A DNA stretch of 64,000 nucleotides. Origin: Fervidobacterium sp. Its GTDB lineage: Bacteria > Thermotogota > Thermotogae > Thermotogales > Fervidobacteriaceae. The stretch is from positions 148,406 to 212,405 of the forward strand of contig JBMFNR010000002.1 of NCBI GenBank assembly GCA_049970055.1, in the 5' to 3' direction. The translations under genes were made by a program, and so were the position numbers. Every line of letters starts with the position of its first letter. Position 1 is the stretch's first letter. Below the pieces are notes generated by a model. It had not been told where the DNA came from and did not search any database. It saw only the letters and a list, made by a program, of their open reading frames with translations. Positions 10,460 through 19,649 of this stretch are shown in pieces.

Positions 10460-11371
10460 TCAAAGTATTAATTCGGAAGGGAATGGTTCGAGAAAAGTTT
10501 GACTCATTATATATTCTACTTCGTACCTAATAGCCCATGACTTGAGCAAGACAATTACAGACTGAAGTGCAACAATGCCGCTTTTGTAACCTTCTAGTAA
10601 ATCCATGAAATATGCCTTCTCTTTTTCCGATAGTTTCTCTTTAAAAAAGCCATATAAGTGGAGTAGTGTATTGATGATTTTGTTTGTCTTTACCGGGGTT
10701 TTAAGTGCTTTTATTAGCAACGTACGGTAGCTTTTAAGAGCGTTGTCTTCGAAGTCTTTTTGAGCAACTACTTTTCCAAGTTCTCTCATAATCATTTCAT
10801 TCTTTGCCAGCAAGAGAAACTTATTGCTTGAGTGAAAATCGATAAGTTCCCTTTTCGTTTTTATACTCCTAAATTTAGCTAATGTAAATACAAACGTTAG
10901 GAACTCGTACTTTATCTTTTCGTTAGTTAACCTCATTTCACTCTCAATCATAATGTCTGGAAATTTATCTGTCATCTCTTTCGCAAAGATCCCAGCGGTT
11001 TTTGACAACACTCTCCCGTTTGGGCTATATAGTTTTGCATCGTTTACACCACACGATGGAGACTTTGCTTTCAGTATCATTCCGTCTATACTCATACTGG
11101 AGATTTGATCTGCAAAATTTTTAGAGAAAAGTATCATCTTATCTGTTAGATCAATACTTTGAGATTTATTCATAAGTCTGTAGTTGCCATCTATCAAGAA
11201 TATATCGATCGGCTCTCGAGGAATAGGAAGTCCAATCTCAACTTCCGGACATACTTTTATGAATTCACAGTATTTCTCAAGTTTTCTGACAATGTCACTT
11301 GATATAATACCACCATCGTACCTAGTATGTTCGAAAAAACATTTACTAACAACAATACGCGGTTTTACCAT
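10460..11371 (-). CDS. DUF523 (thiouracil desulfurase-like) + DUF1722 (YbgA) fusion protein
   Basis: VSKC..RYDG, CPEVEIGLPIPR, KSPSCG, HLYGFFK; start trimmed to MVKPRI. Confidence 0.85.
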   Translation of the reverse strand: MVKPRIVVSKCFFEHTRYDGGIISSDIVRKLEKYCEFIKVCPEVEIGLPIPREPIDIFLIDGNYRLMNKSQSIDLTDKMILFSKNFADQISSMSIDGMILKAKSPSCGVNDAKLYSPNGRVLSKTAGIFAKEMTDKFPDIMIESEMRLTNEKIKYEFLTFVFTLAKFRSIKTKRELIDFHSSNKFLLLAKNEMIMRELGKVVAQKDFEDNALKSYRTLLIKALKTPVKTNKIINTLLHLYGFFKEKLSEKEKAYFMDLLEGYKSGIVALQSVIVLLKSWAIRYEVEYIMSQTFLEPFPSELIL

Positions 11372-11496
11372 AAATTTTTCTCCTCTCACTCGCCATGTTG
11401 TGGCAATTTGTGATATAATATAATATAAAAATGTACTAAATGCACTAAAATATCTTGCTATATTATACCACAAAATGTGAGGGGGTGTATACAAAG

Positions 11497-11685
11497 ATGG
11501 ATAAATTGAATAAAAAAGAAATAGTCTTTAAGGTACTTGCTGAAAGTAAAGAACCTCTCAGACCCGGTGACATTGCCGAAAAATCAGGTCTATCGAAAGA
11601 GGATATTGACAAAGCAATTAAAGAGCTCAAAAAAGAAGGAAAGATAGAATCCCCAAAGAGATGTTATTACCAAGCTAAAAAATAA
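11497..11685 (+). CDS. Small winged-helix DNA-binding protein
   Basis: 62 aa; PLRPGDIAEKSGL..KAIKELKKEGKIESPKRCYY. Confidence 0.8.
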   Translation: MDKLNKKEIVFKVLAESKEPLRPGDIAEKSGLSKEDIDKAIKELKKEGKIESPKRCYYQAKK

Positions 11686-11719
11686 AATCCACTACGTAAA
11701 ATCCATTTGTAAAAAGTAG

Positions 11720-13546
11720 GTGCTTTCATTGGCGAGGTTTCAAAGAATAGTTGTTTTATTATTTGCAATTTTAATTGCACATTTTGTTTTAGCACTTCCG
11801 TTCTATTCCCACAATTATGTTGCCATCCTTTCTGATTTGCATCATCCATATTTTAAGAAAACGATAGACACAACATTGCATGAGTTGTTAAAGATTCGCC
11901 CGATGCACGTATTTATTCTTGGTGATCTTACGGAAATGGGCAAAGATAGTGAGTTTGAAAGTCTTTCGAAGTCGTTATCTGTATTAATAGACAGCAAGAT
12001 AAGCTATAATACGCTTCTCGGTAATCACGATGTCCGTTGGGCTGATAAGATTCGAAAAACGACACGAATATCGAATGCACTTTATGAAATTTTCCGTGTA
12101 GATATCGATAAGTTATCATTTATGTCAGTAGATACCTCCATGTATTTTCAACATTTAGGCCATATAACGGATGTCCAAATTGAGTGGATAGAAAAACAGC
12201 TGGAAGAATGTAGAAAGGAAGGTAAGGTGGCAATTTTGCTCTCTCACCATCCTTTTGGTGGCCCTGTTGATTACACTGACGACGGTTGGAAATTGATGAA
12301 AATCGTAAAAAGGTACAATGTTCCGCTGATTTTATATGGTCATACGCATAAGTATGATTACTTTGGCACTTATGATGGAATTTTTATACAAAGTGTTGGA
12401 GCGACCCAGGAAGGTTGGATTACAATACTTAGTTGGGACAATGATAATATCTATATTTGGAAGAAAAATGCAATTCAAAACGAAGATTACAAACTCGTAA
12501 GAAAAATATCTATGAAGAAAAGCTTTATTGAAGATCAAGACAAGGAAAAAGAGACAAAGGTAAATTCAAAGTATTTAAGAGAATTATTCTCGTATAAACT
12601 CCCAAATAGTATATTTTCTCAGCCAATAGTTTACAATAACAGATTCTATGTTGTTGATTACTCTGGGGATATAATTTGCCTTGATACAACCGGTAATATT
12701 GTGTGGAAAAACACTATAGGCCCAATTTTGGCGAATTTAGAAATATCAAATAACATACTGTTTGCTGGCAGTATCGATGGAATACTTTATTTCTTCGATC
12801 CAAAAAATGGAGTAGTAAAAGGTACGATGAACTTAAAGTTTCCAATATTTTCTTTAAAGTCGAGTGAGAATTCTCCATTACTTTTAATCGGCGCCGGTGA
12901 ACATCTAATAATTTTTGACACAAAAGAATCAAAAATAAGAACTCAGTACGATGCAAAAGGTACGGTTCAATCACCAGCATTTTACTCAAACGGTAAATTT
13001 TTTCAAACCACATGGAGTGGCGATGTACTGATAGTAGATAGCAATGGGGTTCTCTTGAAAAAACTACAAGTCGGTTCTGGTTATTATACTCCCGGTGGTA
13101 TAATACCACTTGTAATAGATGATTTTTTGTTTGTAACTAATCCTTCCGGAGTTGTACAATCGTACAATTGGAAAACTCTCGAGAAAGTATGGGAAGTTAG
13201 AGGTCTTAAAACAGGTTACTCCGGTATCGAAAAATTAGATAAAATCCTTATAACCGCAGGAATAAATGGTACGATATATGCATTAAATTCAATAGACGGA
13301 AAAATTCTTTGGCAAGTTAAGACAAATTCCCCGATCTATTCGATTCTTCCAACTATTTTTCCCGATGGTAGGATAGTTGTAGGTACTACAAGAGGCGAAA
13401 TCGTAATGATTTCAAAAAATGGGAAACTCCTGGAAAAAATCGAAGTTTACAGATCATATCTGATTAAAGAGATATTGTTCATTGATAACATGCTTTTTCT
13501 TACTTTCACGGATGGTACAATTAAAGTTTTTCTTGTCTTGAAATAA
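11720..13546 (+). CDS. Secreted metallophosphoesterase fused to PQQ/BamB-like beta-propeller
   Basis: Signal peptide; DLH, GDLT, GNHD, HHP, GHTH motifs; propeller repeats (G.ilW). Confidence 0.82.
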   Translation: MLSLARFQRIVVLLFAILIAHFVLALPFYSHNYVAILSDLHHPYFKKTIDTTLHELLKIRPMHVFILGDLTEMGKDSEFESLSKSLSVLIDSKISYNTLLGNHDVRWADKIRKTTRISNALYEIFRVDIDKLSFMSVDTSMYFQHLGHITDVQIEWIEKQLEECRKEGKVAILLSHHPFGGPVDYTDDGWKLMKIVKRYNVPLILYGHTHKYDYFGTYDGIFIQSVGATQEGWITILSWDNDNIYIWKKNAIQNEDYKLVRKISMKKSFIEDQDKEKETKVNSKYLRELFSYKLPNSIFSQPIVYNNRFYVVDYSGDIICLDTTGNIVWKNTIGPILANLEISNNILFAGSIDGILYFFDPKNGVVKGTMNLKFPIFSLKSSENSPLLLIGAGEHLIIFDTKESKIRTQYDAKGTVQSPAFYSNGKFFQTTWSGDVLIVDSNGVLLKKLQVGSGYYTPGGIIPLVIDDFLFVTNPSGVVQSYNWKTLEKVWEVRGLKTGYSGIEKLDKILITAGINGTIYALNSIDGKILWQVKTNSPIYSILPTIFPDGRIVVGTTRGEIVMISKNGKLLEKIEVYRSYLIKEILFIDNMLFLTFTDGTIKVFLVLK

Positions 13547-13576
13547 AAAAGAGCCTACCGCTTTCGGTAGGCTGCT
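13545..13576. terminator. Intrinsic terminator between convergent genes
   Basis: AGCCTACCG-cttt-CGGTAGGCT with A tract on the left. Confidence 0.75.
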
Positions 13577-13606
13577 TATAGGTTATTTTCATAAGTTATT
13601 TAAGTC

Positions 13607-15343
13607 TTACTCTAATTTAAATTTTTCTATCTCACTTTTTAGTTGAGTGAATGCACTCAAGATATTATCAATCTTTCTTGATATTTCATCCAATTGGCCT
13701 TTTAAATTTCTCATCGCATTCGCTATATCATCGCCTTGCATGGATATTCTGGAAATGCTTTCAGTTATTTCGTTTGCACCACTTCTCATTTCCTCAGCAG
13801 AAGCGTTCTGTTCTTCACTGTGTGCTGCGAGTGTATCGATCGATGAAGAAAGTTCATCAATAGCTTTTTGTAGGTAACTGAATGTATCAAACAATTTTTC
13901 ATATCCTTCTTCAGTTGAAATTATTTCTTTTCTCAAGTGTTCTATCTGTTGGTTAAGGCTTTTTGAAGATTGTTCGATCAGCGCAATTGTTGATGTAATC
14001 GTGTCTGTTGACTTCTTTGTCTCTTCCGCAAGTTTCCTGATTTCGTCGGCGACCACAGCAAACCCTCTTCCAGCTTCACCAGCTCTTGCAGCTTCAATTG
14101 CGGCGTTGAGCGCAAGTAAGTTTGTTTGCTCCGCTATGGATCGAACTGTTTCAATAATGTTTCCTATGTTCTTTGTAGCTTCAGTAAGTTCCATTATTCC
14201 ACTTTCTAAATTTTCATACTCTCGGACAAATCCAGTCGTTATATTTCTAACCCTTTCAAGTTCATCTACACTTGATTTTGACTTCTGGTCCAACGTATCA
14301 GCTAATCTTTGAACGTTTACTGCGAGATCTGCAAGCGATTGAGACTGATAAGATAACTGTTCGATGTTAGCTGAAATTTCTTCTACCGAACTTGTGATTC
14401 TTTCAATTCCTTGTTGTTGTACATTTACTGCCTCGAATGTTTGATTTGCAACAATCTCAAAACCATCGAATGTCTTGTTTAAATCATTGAGAACTTGTGC
14501 GGAATTCTCAGACATGTTGCCAGTGTCTTTAATAATTTTGCTAATACCTTTTGTTGCGAGATTGAGTTCGTTTGCTATATACCTAAATTCATCAACAGAT
14601 TCAACAGATAATCTTTTCGATAAATCACCTTTCGAAATTTTATCGAGAACATCAATTATATTTGGAATGCTTCTCAGTATCCTCTTTGTTAAGAAAATAA
14701 CTGATGTAGCAAGGATTACGTTAAGACCCAAACTTGTGATAACGAAATTTTTTTGAACGTCTGTTGGAAGTCCAACTTTGAGTATTAGGTATTTTAATAG
14801 TATTGGGGCAATCCATAAAGAAACTGCCAACACTCCGAGTACTAACTTAAGTGATATCGGTATCATTACATTTTTGTACCTTTCACCTAAGTGTTCTTTT
14901 AACAAACTTGCTCTGGAGTACAATGCAATAAATATTGCAACTATAATTAAGTTGATTGCTAAAGCGCCGGATAACCTCAGCATTAGAGTTTCTTCGGGTA
15001 AAGACTTCAAATACTTAGCGAATATCCCAACAAGTGTTGCTGCAACAAAATTCATGGCAAAAAGAAGTACAGCTAACGATATCGGAAGATTAAAAGTACC
15101 ACTTTTCAAAGAGGTTACCGTCAATTTTCCTGAAATAAAAAGCGTTAACAAACCAAATGTCACAAGAGAAATGATGTATCCTAACAAAATTATCCATACT
15201 GGGTAACTTCCAAGTCCAGCGAAAATATAGTATGAAAATAATAGAGCAGGAGGATCTACCAGCAATAGTATAATCAGTATACTTTTCACCACGTGGTTCT
15301 TAAAGTTTTTCACAACTTGCTCACTTAAATCGTTAATATGCAT
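13607..15343 (-). CDS. Methyl-accepting chemotaxis protein with multi-TM sensor and HAMP domain
   Basis: [38 protein letters not shown]. Confidence 0.95.
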   Translation of the reverse strand: MHINDLSEQVVKNFKNHVVKSILIILLLVDPPALLFSYYIFAGLGSYPVWIILLGYIISLVTFGLLTLFISGKLTVTSLKSGTFNLPISLAVLLFAMNFVAATLVGIFAKYLKSLPEETLMLRLSGALAINLIIVAIFIALYSRASLLKEHLGERYKNVMIPISLKLVLGVLAVSLWIAPILLKYLILKVGLPTDVQKNFVITSLGLNVILATSVIFLTKRILRSIPNIIDVLDKISKGDLSKRLSVESVDEFRYIANELNLATKGISKIIKDTGNMSENSAQVLNDLNKTFDGFEIVANQTFEAVNVQQQGIERITSSVEEISANIEQLSYQSQSLADLAVNVQRLADTLDQKSKSSVDELERVRNITTGFVREYENLESGIMELTEATKNIGNIIETVRSIAEQTNLLALNAAIEAARAGEAGRGFAVVADEIRKLAEETKKSTDTITSTIALIEQSSKSLNQQIEHLRKEIISTEEGYEKLFDTFSYLQKAIDELSSSIDTLAAHSEEQNASAEEMRSGANEITESISRISMQGDDIANAMRNLKGQLDEISRKIDNILSAFTQLKSEIEKFKLE

Positions 15344-15547
15344 TTTGTCACCTCCAGTTTAAAATAGCTAATATCTGACAATACTATTATATTATAGTAC
15401 AAAATTTCATCGTGAATCTGTGAGAATTATTAAATTTGGTTAAATAAACGTTTAAATAATTTCATATTTATTATGATATAATCTGATTCACCAAGTTGAT
15501 TCACATTATGCTACAATACACTGTATACTGTACTTGGAGGTATTTTT

Positions 15548-16270
15548 ATGATATTGTGTTTTGGTGATAGCATAACAGAAGGTAAACCTGGTGTATCGTA
15601 TGTTAAATATCTCGGCAAAAACTTTCATAATTACGGGCTTGGCGGAGACACGGTGATTAATTTAAAAAAACGAATTGAGACATTTATGGGTACTCAAGTT
15701 AATAGTCAAGAGAATCGTGTTGAAAAGTTCATTATTCAAATTGGTACAAATGACATATTGTTACCCTTTTTAATAAATTACTCGTCTCGATGGAGTATCG
15801 CTATAGAAAAGGTCATTTTGTCCGGAAGGGTTCCGAGTAAAGATATCTTAGAGTTTGAGGAAAACTACAGAGAAATTGCCAAAAGGATTGGAAATGATGG
15901 TATATATGTGAGTATTCCTTGCATTGGCGAAGATCTGGAGAATGAGTTGAATAAGAAAGTTGATGAATACAACACTGTTATCAAAAAAATTTGCATGGAG
16001 AGAAATCTTCAGTACATTGATTTTAATTCATGGCAAAAAGCTGTTATTGGATTAAATGAATCAAAAAAACGGTACTTTATTTCGAAAAATCCTTTAATAA
16101 TGGTTCTTGACTCACTCTTTGTTACCACACCACTTACTTGTAGTATCATAAGTAAAGTAAGAAACTTAAAAACAACAATTGATGGTGTGCATCTAAATAC
16201 TTTTGGAGCGAAAAAATTGGCAAAGCTAATTTTGTCAAGTATCGAAAATACCTATCGAAAAGTTGAATAA
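15548..16270 (+). CDS. SGNH/GDSL hydrolase
   Basis: FGDSIT, IGTND, DGVH. Confidence 0.88.
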   Translation: MILCFGDSITEGKPGVSYVKYLGKNFHNYGLGGDTVINLKKRIETFMGTQVNSQENRVEKFIIQIGTNDILLPFLINYSSRWSIAIEKVILSGRVPSKDILEFEENYREIAKRIGNDGIYVSIPCIGEDLENELNKKVDEYNTVIKKICMERNLQYIDFNSWQKAVIGLNESKKRYFISKNPLIMVLDSLFVTTPLTCSIISKVRNLKTTIDGVHLNTFGAKKLAKLILSSIENTYRKVE

Positions 16271-16303
16271 AAATCAGGCAGGAAATACCTGCCTGATTTT
16301 TTT
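16268..16303. terminator. Bidirectional intrinsic terminator
   Basis: AAAATCAGGCAGG-aaata-CCTGCCTGATTTT. Confidence 0.8.
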
Positions 16304-16312
16304 GATAATTGA

Positions 16313-17382
16313 TCAAACCTTTAATATTTGTTTTATATCTTCATCGGGGGTGCTTATTAGCTTTAGATCATAATTTTTGACTAATACATCAAGTATGTCT
16401 TTGTTGACCCATGCTGGTAATACCGGCCCTATGTATATTCCTTTCAGTCCAAGCGCTAAAAGTGTCCAGAGAATTGCTACTGCTTTCTGTTCCATCCATG
16501 TTAGGACAAGTGTTAACGGAAGCTCGGTTACCTTTACACCAAAAACATCAGCTAGTGCCATCGCAATTTCAAGTGCAACGATAGTATCGTTACATTGCCC
16601 CACATCTATGAGTCTTGGTATTCCTTCAATATCTCCAAGCTGCAAGTCATTTATTCTGAACTTTCCGCATGCAAGCGTAATAACAACGGTATCTTTTGGT
16701 AATTTTTGTACAAATTCTCTATAGTATGCGCCACGTTTTGTAGGTGTATCACAACCGCCTACGACCAAGAAGTGCCTAATTTTACCTACTTCTACAAGTT
16801 CTTTTATCTTTCCTGCAAGTGATTTTACAACACTTGCGGAATATCCAGTTTGTAGCTTGTAATTACCTGGTTGTTCTGGTAGTTTCGGCAGTGATTTTGC
16901 TTTAGCTATGACCTCCGAGTAATCGTATCCATCAATATGTCTCACTCCTGGAAGCTTGGCGATTGATGTTGTGAACATACGATCTTTGTAAGAATCTTTT
17001 GGAATGAGTACACAGTTACTTGTACCTAAAATCGCTGCGGGATATTTGTTGAAAAGATCCCTCTGGTCATACCAAGCTGCCCCAAGATTTCCTGCTAAAT
17101 TTTTGTATTTTCTCAATCCTGGATATCCATGCGCGGGTAGCATTTCCGAATGCGTATAAACGTATATATCTGTTCCTTCTACTTGTTTGAGTAATTCTTC
17201 CAATGCTTTTAAGTTATGACCTGTAACAATAATACCGTGCCCATGCTTCGTGCCCGTTTCAACTTCCGTTGGAGTTGGTTCTCCGTACGTTTCAATATGC
17301 GCTTTCTTCAGAAGTTGCATAACTTTGAAATTCATCATTCCAGCTTCGAGGGCTTTTTTTACAAAGTCTTCTCCATCAAAAT
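16313..17382 (-). pseudogene. hcp: 5'-truncated hybrid cluster protein (hydroxylamine reductase)
   Basis: [35 protein letters not shown] present. N-terminal Cys-rich Fe-S region up to the TNVNFD motif is missing. Confidence 0.85.
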
Positions 17383-17835
17383 ATAGCACCAAAACTACTA
17401 GCAGCAGCGGTTATATTTTCCTCAGAACCAAGGTACCCCGTTGATGTTGAGACAGTAAAACCATCGATTTTTTTGAGAATTGAGAAAAATACGTTTGTTC
17501 AATATCTTATGAAAAGTGGAACATTGCTGAAAAATTACCTAAGAATTGTAAGTGATGACTTTACATTTATCACTGAGAGATTCTACGAAATTGCCATGAA
17601 AAATTTAGTCCAAAAAGTATGTTCATATCTTGTAAGACTCATGGATACACAACAATCTCAGCAAGTTACAATGGATATGACAAAAGAAGAACTTGCGAGA
17701 CAATTCGGCGTAACACGTCCCGCTCTTTCAAGAGTGTTTGCTGAACTCGAAAAACTAGGAATCATTGAAACTGATGGAAAAGTAGTAAAGGTACTCAAAG
17801 AAAAGTACATGAGAGACCAAGCGGAATTTGGTTAA
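17383..17835 (+). pseudogene. 5'-truncated Crp/Fnr (HcpR-like) regulator
   Basis: In-frame [22 protein letters not shown] upstream of ORF 17473; HTH TKEELARQFGVTRPALSR; no start or RBS for the cNMP domain. Confidence 0.8.
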
Positions 17836-17855
17836 TTCGTTGATACTACATAAAA

Positions 17856-18411
17856 TTATTTCCTTTGAGTAATTTTTTCAAGCAATATATCATATATTGA
17901 CTCAGTGCCTACAATTTCCGTAAGTGTATAAGAAAGTATAGAGACAAGTGTTGAACCTAAGAATATCGGTACCATCTGAACCATTTCAATTACAAGTATG
18001 ATGCCTGTTAACGGAGCTTTTACAACTGCTGAGAAAGAGCCTAATATACCAAGGATTATGAAACTATGCCAGAAAGGTGAAAGGCTCGGAATAAAATATG
18101 TAAAAACTTCAAAGAAGCTCATAACTATGGTTGCTCCTATGGAGAGTATAGGTAAGAATATACCTCCTGGTGCATCGGAAGTATACGAAATAAGCGTGAA
18201 CGAAAATTTTAGAAAGAGTAAGGCAAAATCAAAAGAACGAGTGAAAATCTGTGGAATTTAATGTAAATAAGGATGAAAGCGAGAGATTTGAGAGCATCTT
18301 CATCCTCCAATTTTCTATGTGAGTTAGCAAAATGCGATAACATGCTACAACAAAACCGGTGGTCACGCCAGTCAAAATACTAAAACTACTTAGCCGCATA
18401 CATGTCCTCAT
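17856..18411 (-). pseudogene. Internally deleted ClC chloride channel/antiporter remnant
   Basis: Fragments: N-terminal TM helix, IPQI, APGGIFLP, VKAPLTGIILVIEM, SIYDILL in about 555 bp with a frame break. Confidence 0.78.
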
Positions 18412-19166
18412 AAATGGTCTCCCTTGTATCTATACTTAAGATCAATTAATTTTTTTAGATTCTCACCTTCGATTGGTACCAGGTCACCTTCTTTGGGTGA
18501 AAGTGAGATATCGATGGGACCATGTGAAATGCGTGTTAATTCAATCACTGAATTACCGATGTACGCCATTAATCTTTTCACTTCATGTTTTTTACCTTTA
18601 ATCATCGTTATTTTAACAATAGAATGTTTATCTGTATAGCTTAATATTTCAATGTCTTCACACTTTAGAAACTCTCCGTTGTCCTTTATGCCGTTTTTTA
18701 TACGTGATATGTTTTCTATATTTACTCTCCCTTGAACTTTAGCAATATAGACTTTTTCTACACCGAATTTTGCACTGGTCAATATGTTCAGTAACTGTCC
18801 GTCGTTTGTTAAGATAAGCACTCCGTTAACATCTTTGTCTAATCTTCCGGCAGGTTTTATTTTTAATGCAACCTCTGGAGGTAATTTTTTTGAGATTAGT
18901 TTTCCTATGGTATTTCTCTGCTTTGGGTCTTTTAAGGTGCTGACGTAACCTTTGGGCTTATGCAAAATGTAATAGTACATCCTTGATGTAAAATGGGTAA
19001 ATTTTTGATTATCAACAGTAACAACATCTTTTTCATCCACATCGTACCAAGGCTCAGTAACAATTGAATTATTCACTTGAACATCTCCATTGATTATAAG
19101 CAAATCTGCTTTTCTTCTCGAAAAACCTAAGTTTTGAAGAACTTTTTGAAGTTTGATATAACCCAC
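18408..19166 (-). CDS. RsuA/RluB-family pseudouridine synthase
   Basis: S4 domain SRRKAD, HKPKG, AGRLDKD, GKKHEVKR. Confidence 0.9.
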   Translation of the reverse strand: MGYIKLQKVLQNLGFSRRKADLLIINGDVQVNNSIVTEPWYDVDEKDVVTVDNQKFTHFTSRMYYYILHKPKGYVSTLKDPKQRNTIGKLISKKLPPEVALKIKPAGRLDKDVNGVLILTNDGQLLNILTSAKFGVEKVYIAKVQGRVNIENISRIKNGIKDNGEFLKCEDIEILSYTDKHSIVKITMIKGKKHEVKRLMAYIGNSVIELTRISHGPIDISLSPKEGDLVPIEGENLKKLIDLKYRYKGDHL

Positions 19167-19336
19167 TCCTTGTATTTGTGTTATTAGCCATTAAAATCAT
19201 TATAGCATTGAAAGTGTATAATGTCTTTAAATTATTCAGAATACTCAAAGAGCCCAAGAAGAGTTTAAAATGAAAAGAGAAAACACTCGGAAGACTGGTG
19301 GCAAATCTCTGGAAAATGTCCGACAAATTTCTGAAG

Positions 19337-19373
19337 AATTTCTATTGACTTTTTAAAATAGAAATTGTAAAAT
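19337..19373 (+). promoter_or_regulatory. Sigma70-type promoter overlapped by a 10-bp inverted repeat
   Basis: TTGACT(19345-50)-17 bp-TAAAAT(19368-73); AATTTCTATT-N10-AATAGAAATT. Confidence 0.6.
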
Positions 19374-19443
19374 ATGCCTAAATTACAAATTTTAGAAAAA
19401 ACTATACAAAAATTACGCAAATATGCAAAAGGGAGGGTTGTCC

Positions 19444-19527
19444 ATGAGAATAAGTCGTTTGGAAAGTAGAAGTTCAATATTTTTATGTTGGACAACCCAG
19501 TGGTTTGCTTTGGATAATTCACAGTAG
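19444..19527 (+). CDS. Putative 27-aa leader peptide MRISRLESRSSIFLCWTTQWFALDNSQ
   Basis: GGGAGG RBS, ATG 19444, TAG 19525-27; lies between promoter and terminator upstream of ABC genes. Confidence 0.55.
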   Translation: MRISRLESRSSIFLCWTTQWFALDNSQ

Positions 19528-19583
19528 TTTTTGATTTCTACAAAATATAGATGTAGAGTGAACATATAAGGACAGAAAAGTAT

Positions 19584-19623
19584 AAAAACTCCACGGGTTG
19601 TCTCGTGGAGTTTTTTCTTTTTT
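19584..19623 (+). terminator. Leader (attenuator) terminator upstream of ABC exporter
   Basis: AAAAACTCCACG...CGTGGAGTTTTTT followed by further T runs, ending about 30 bp before ATG 19650. Confidence 0.75.
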
Positions 19624-19649
19624 ACTTTCCGAATTTGGAGGTGGATACT

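Noticed and set aside
17250..17444. ORF crossing the hcp/Crp junction as a new fusion gene
   Set aside because: It is the antisense frame of hcp, has no RBS and is out of frame with the Crp remnant
19069..19522. Minus-strand 85-aa ORFs in the ABC leader region
   Set aside because: No RBS or recognisable motifs; the + strand promoter/uORF/terminator explains the region better
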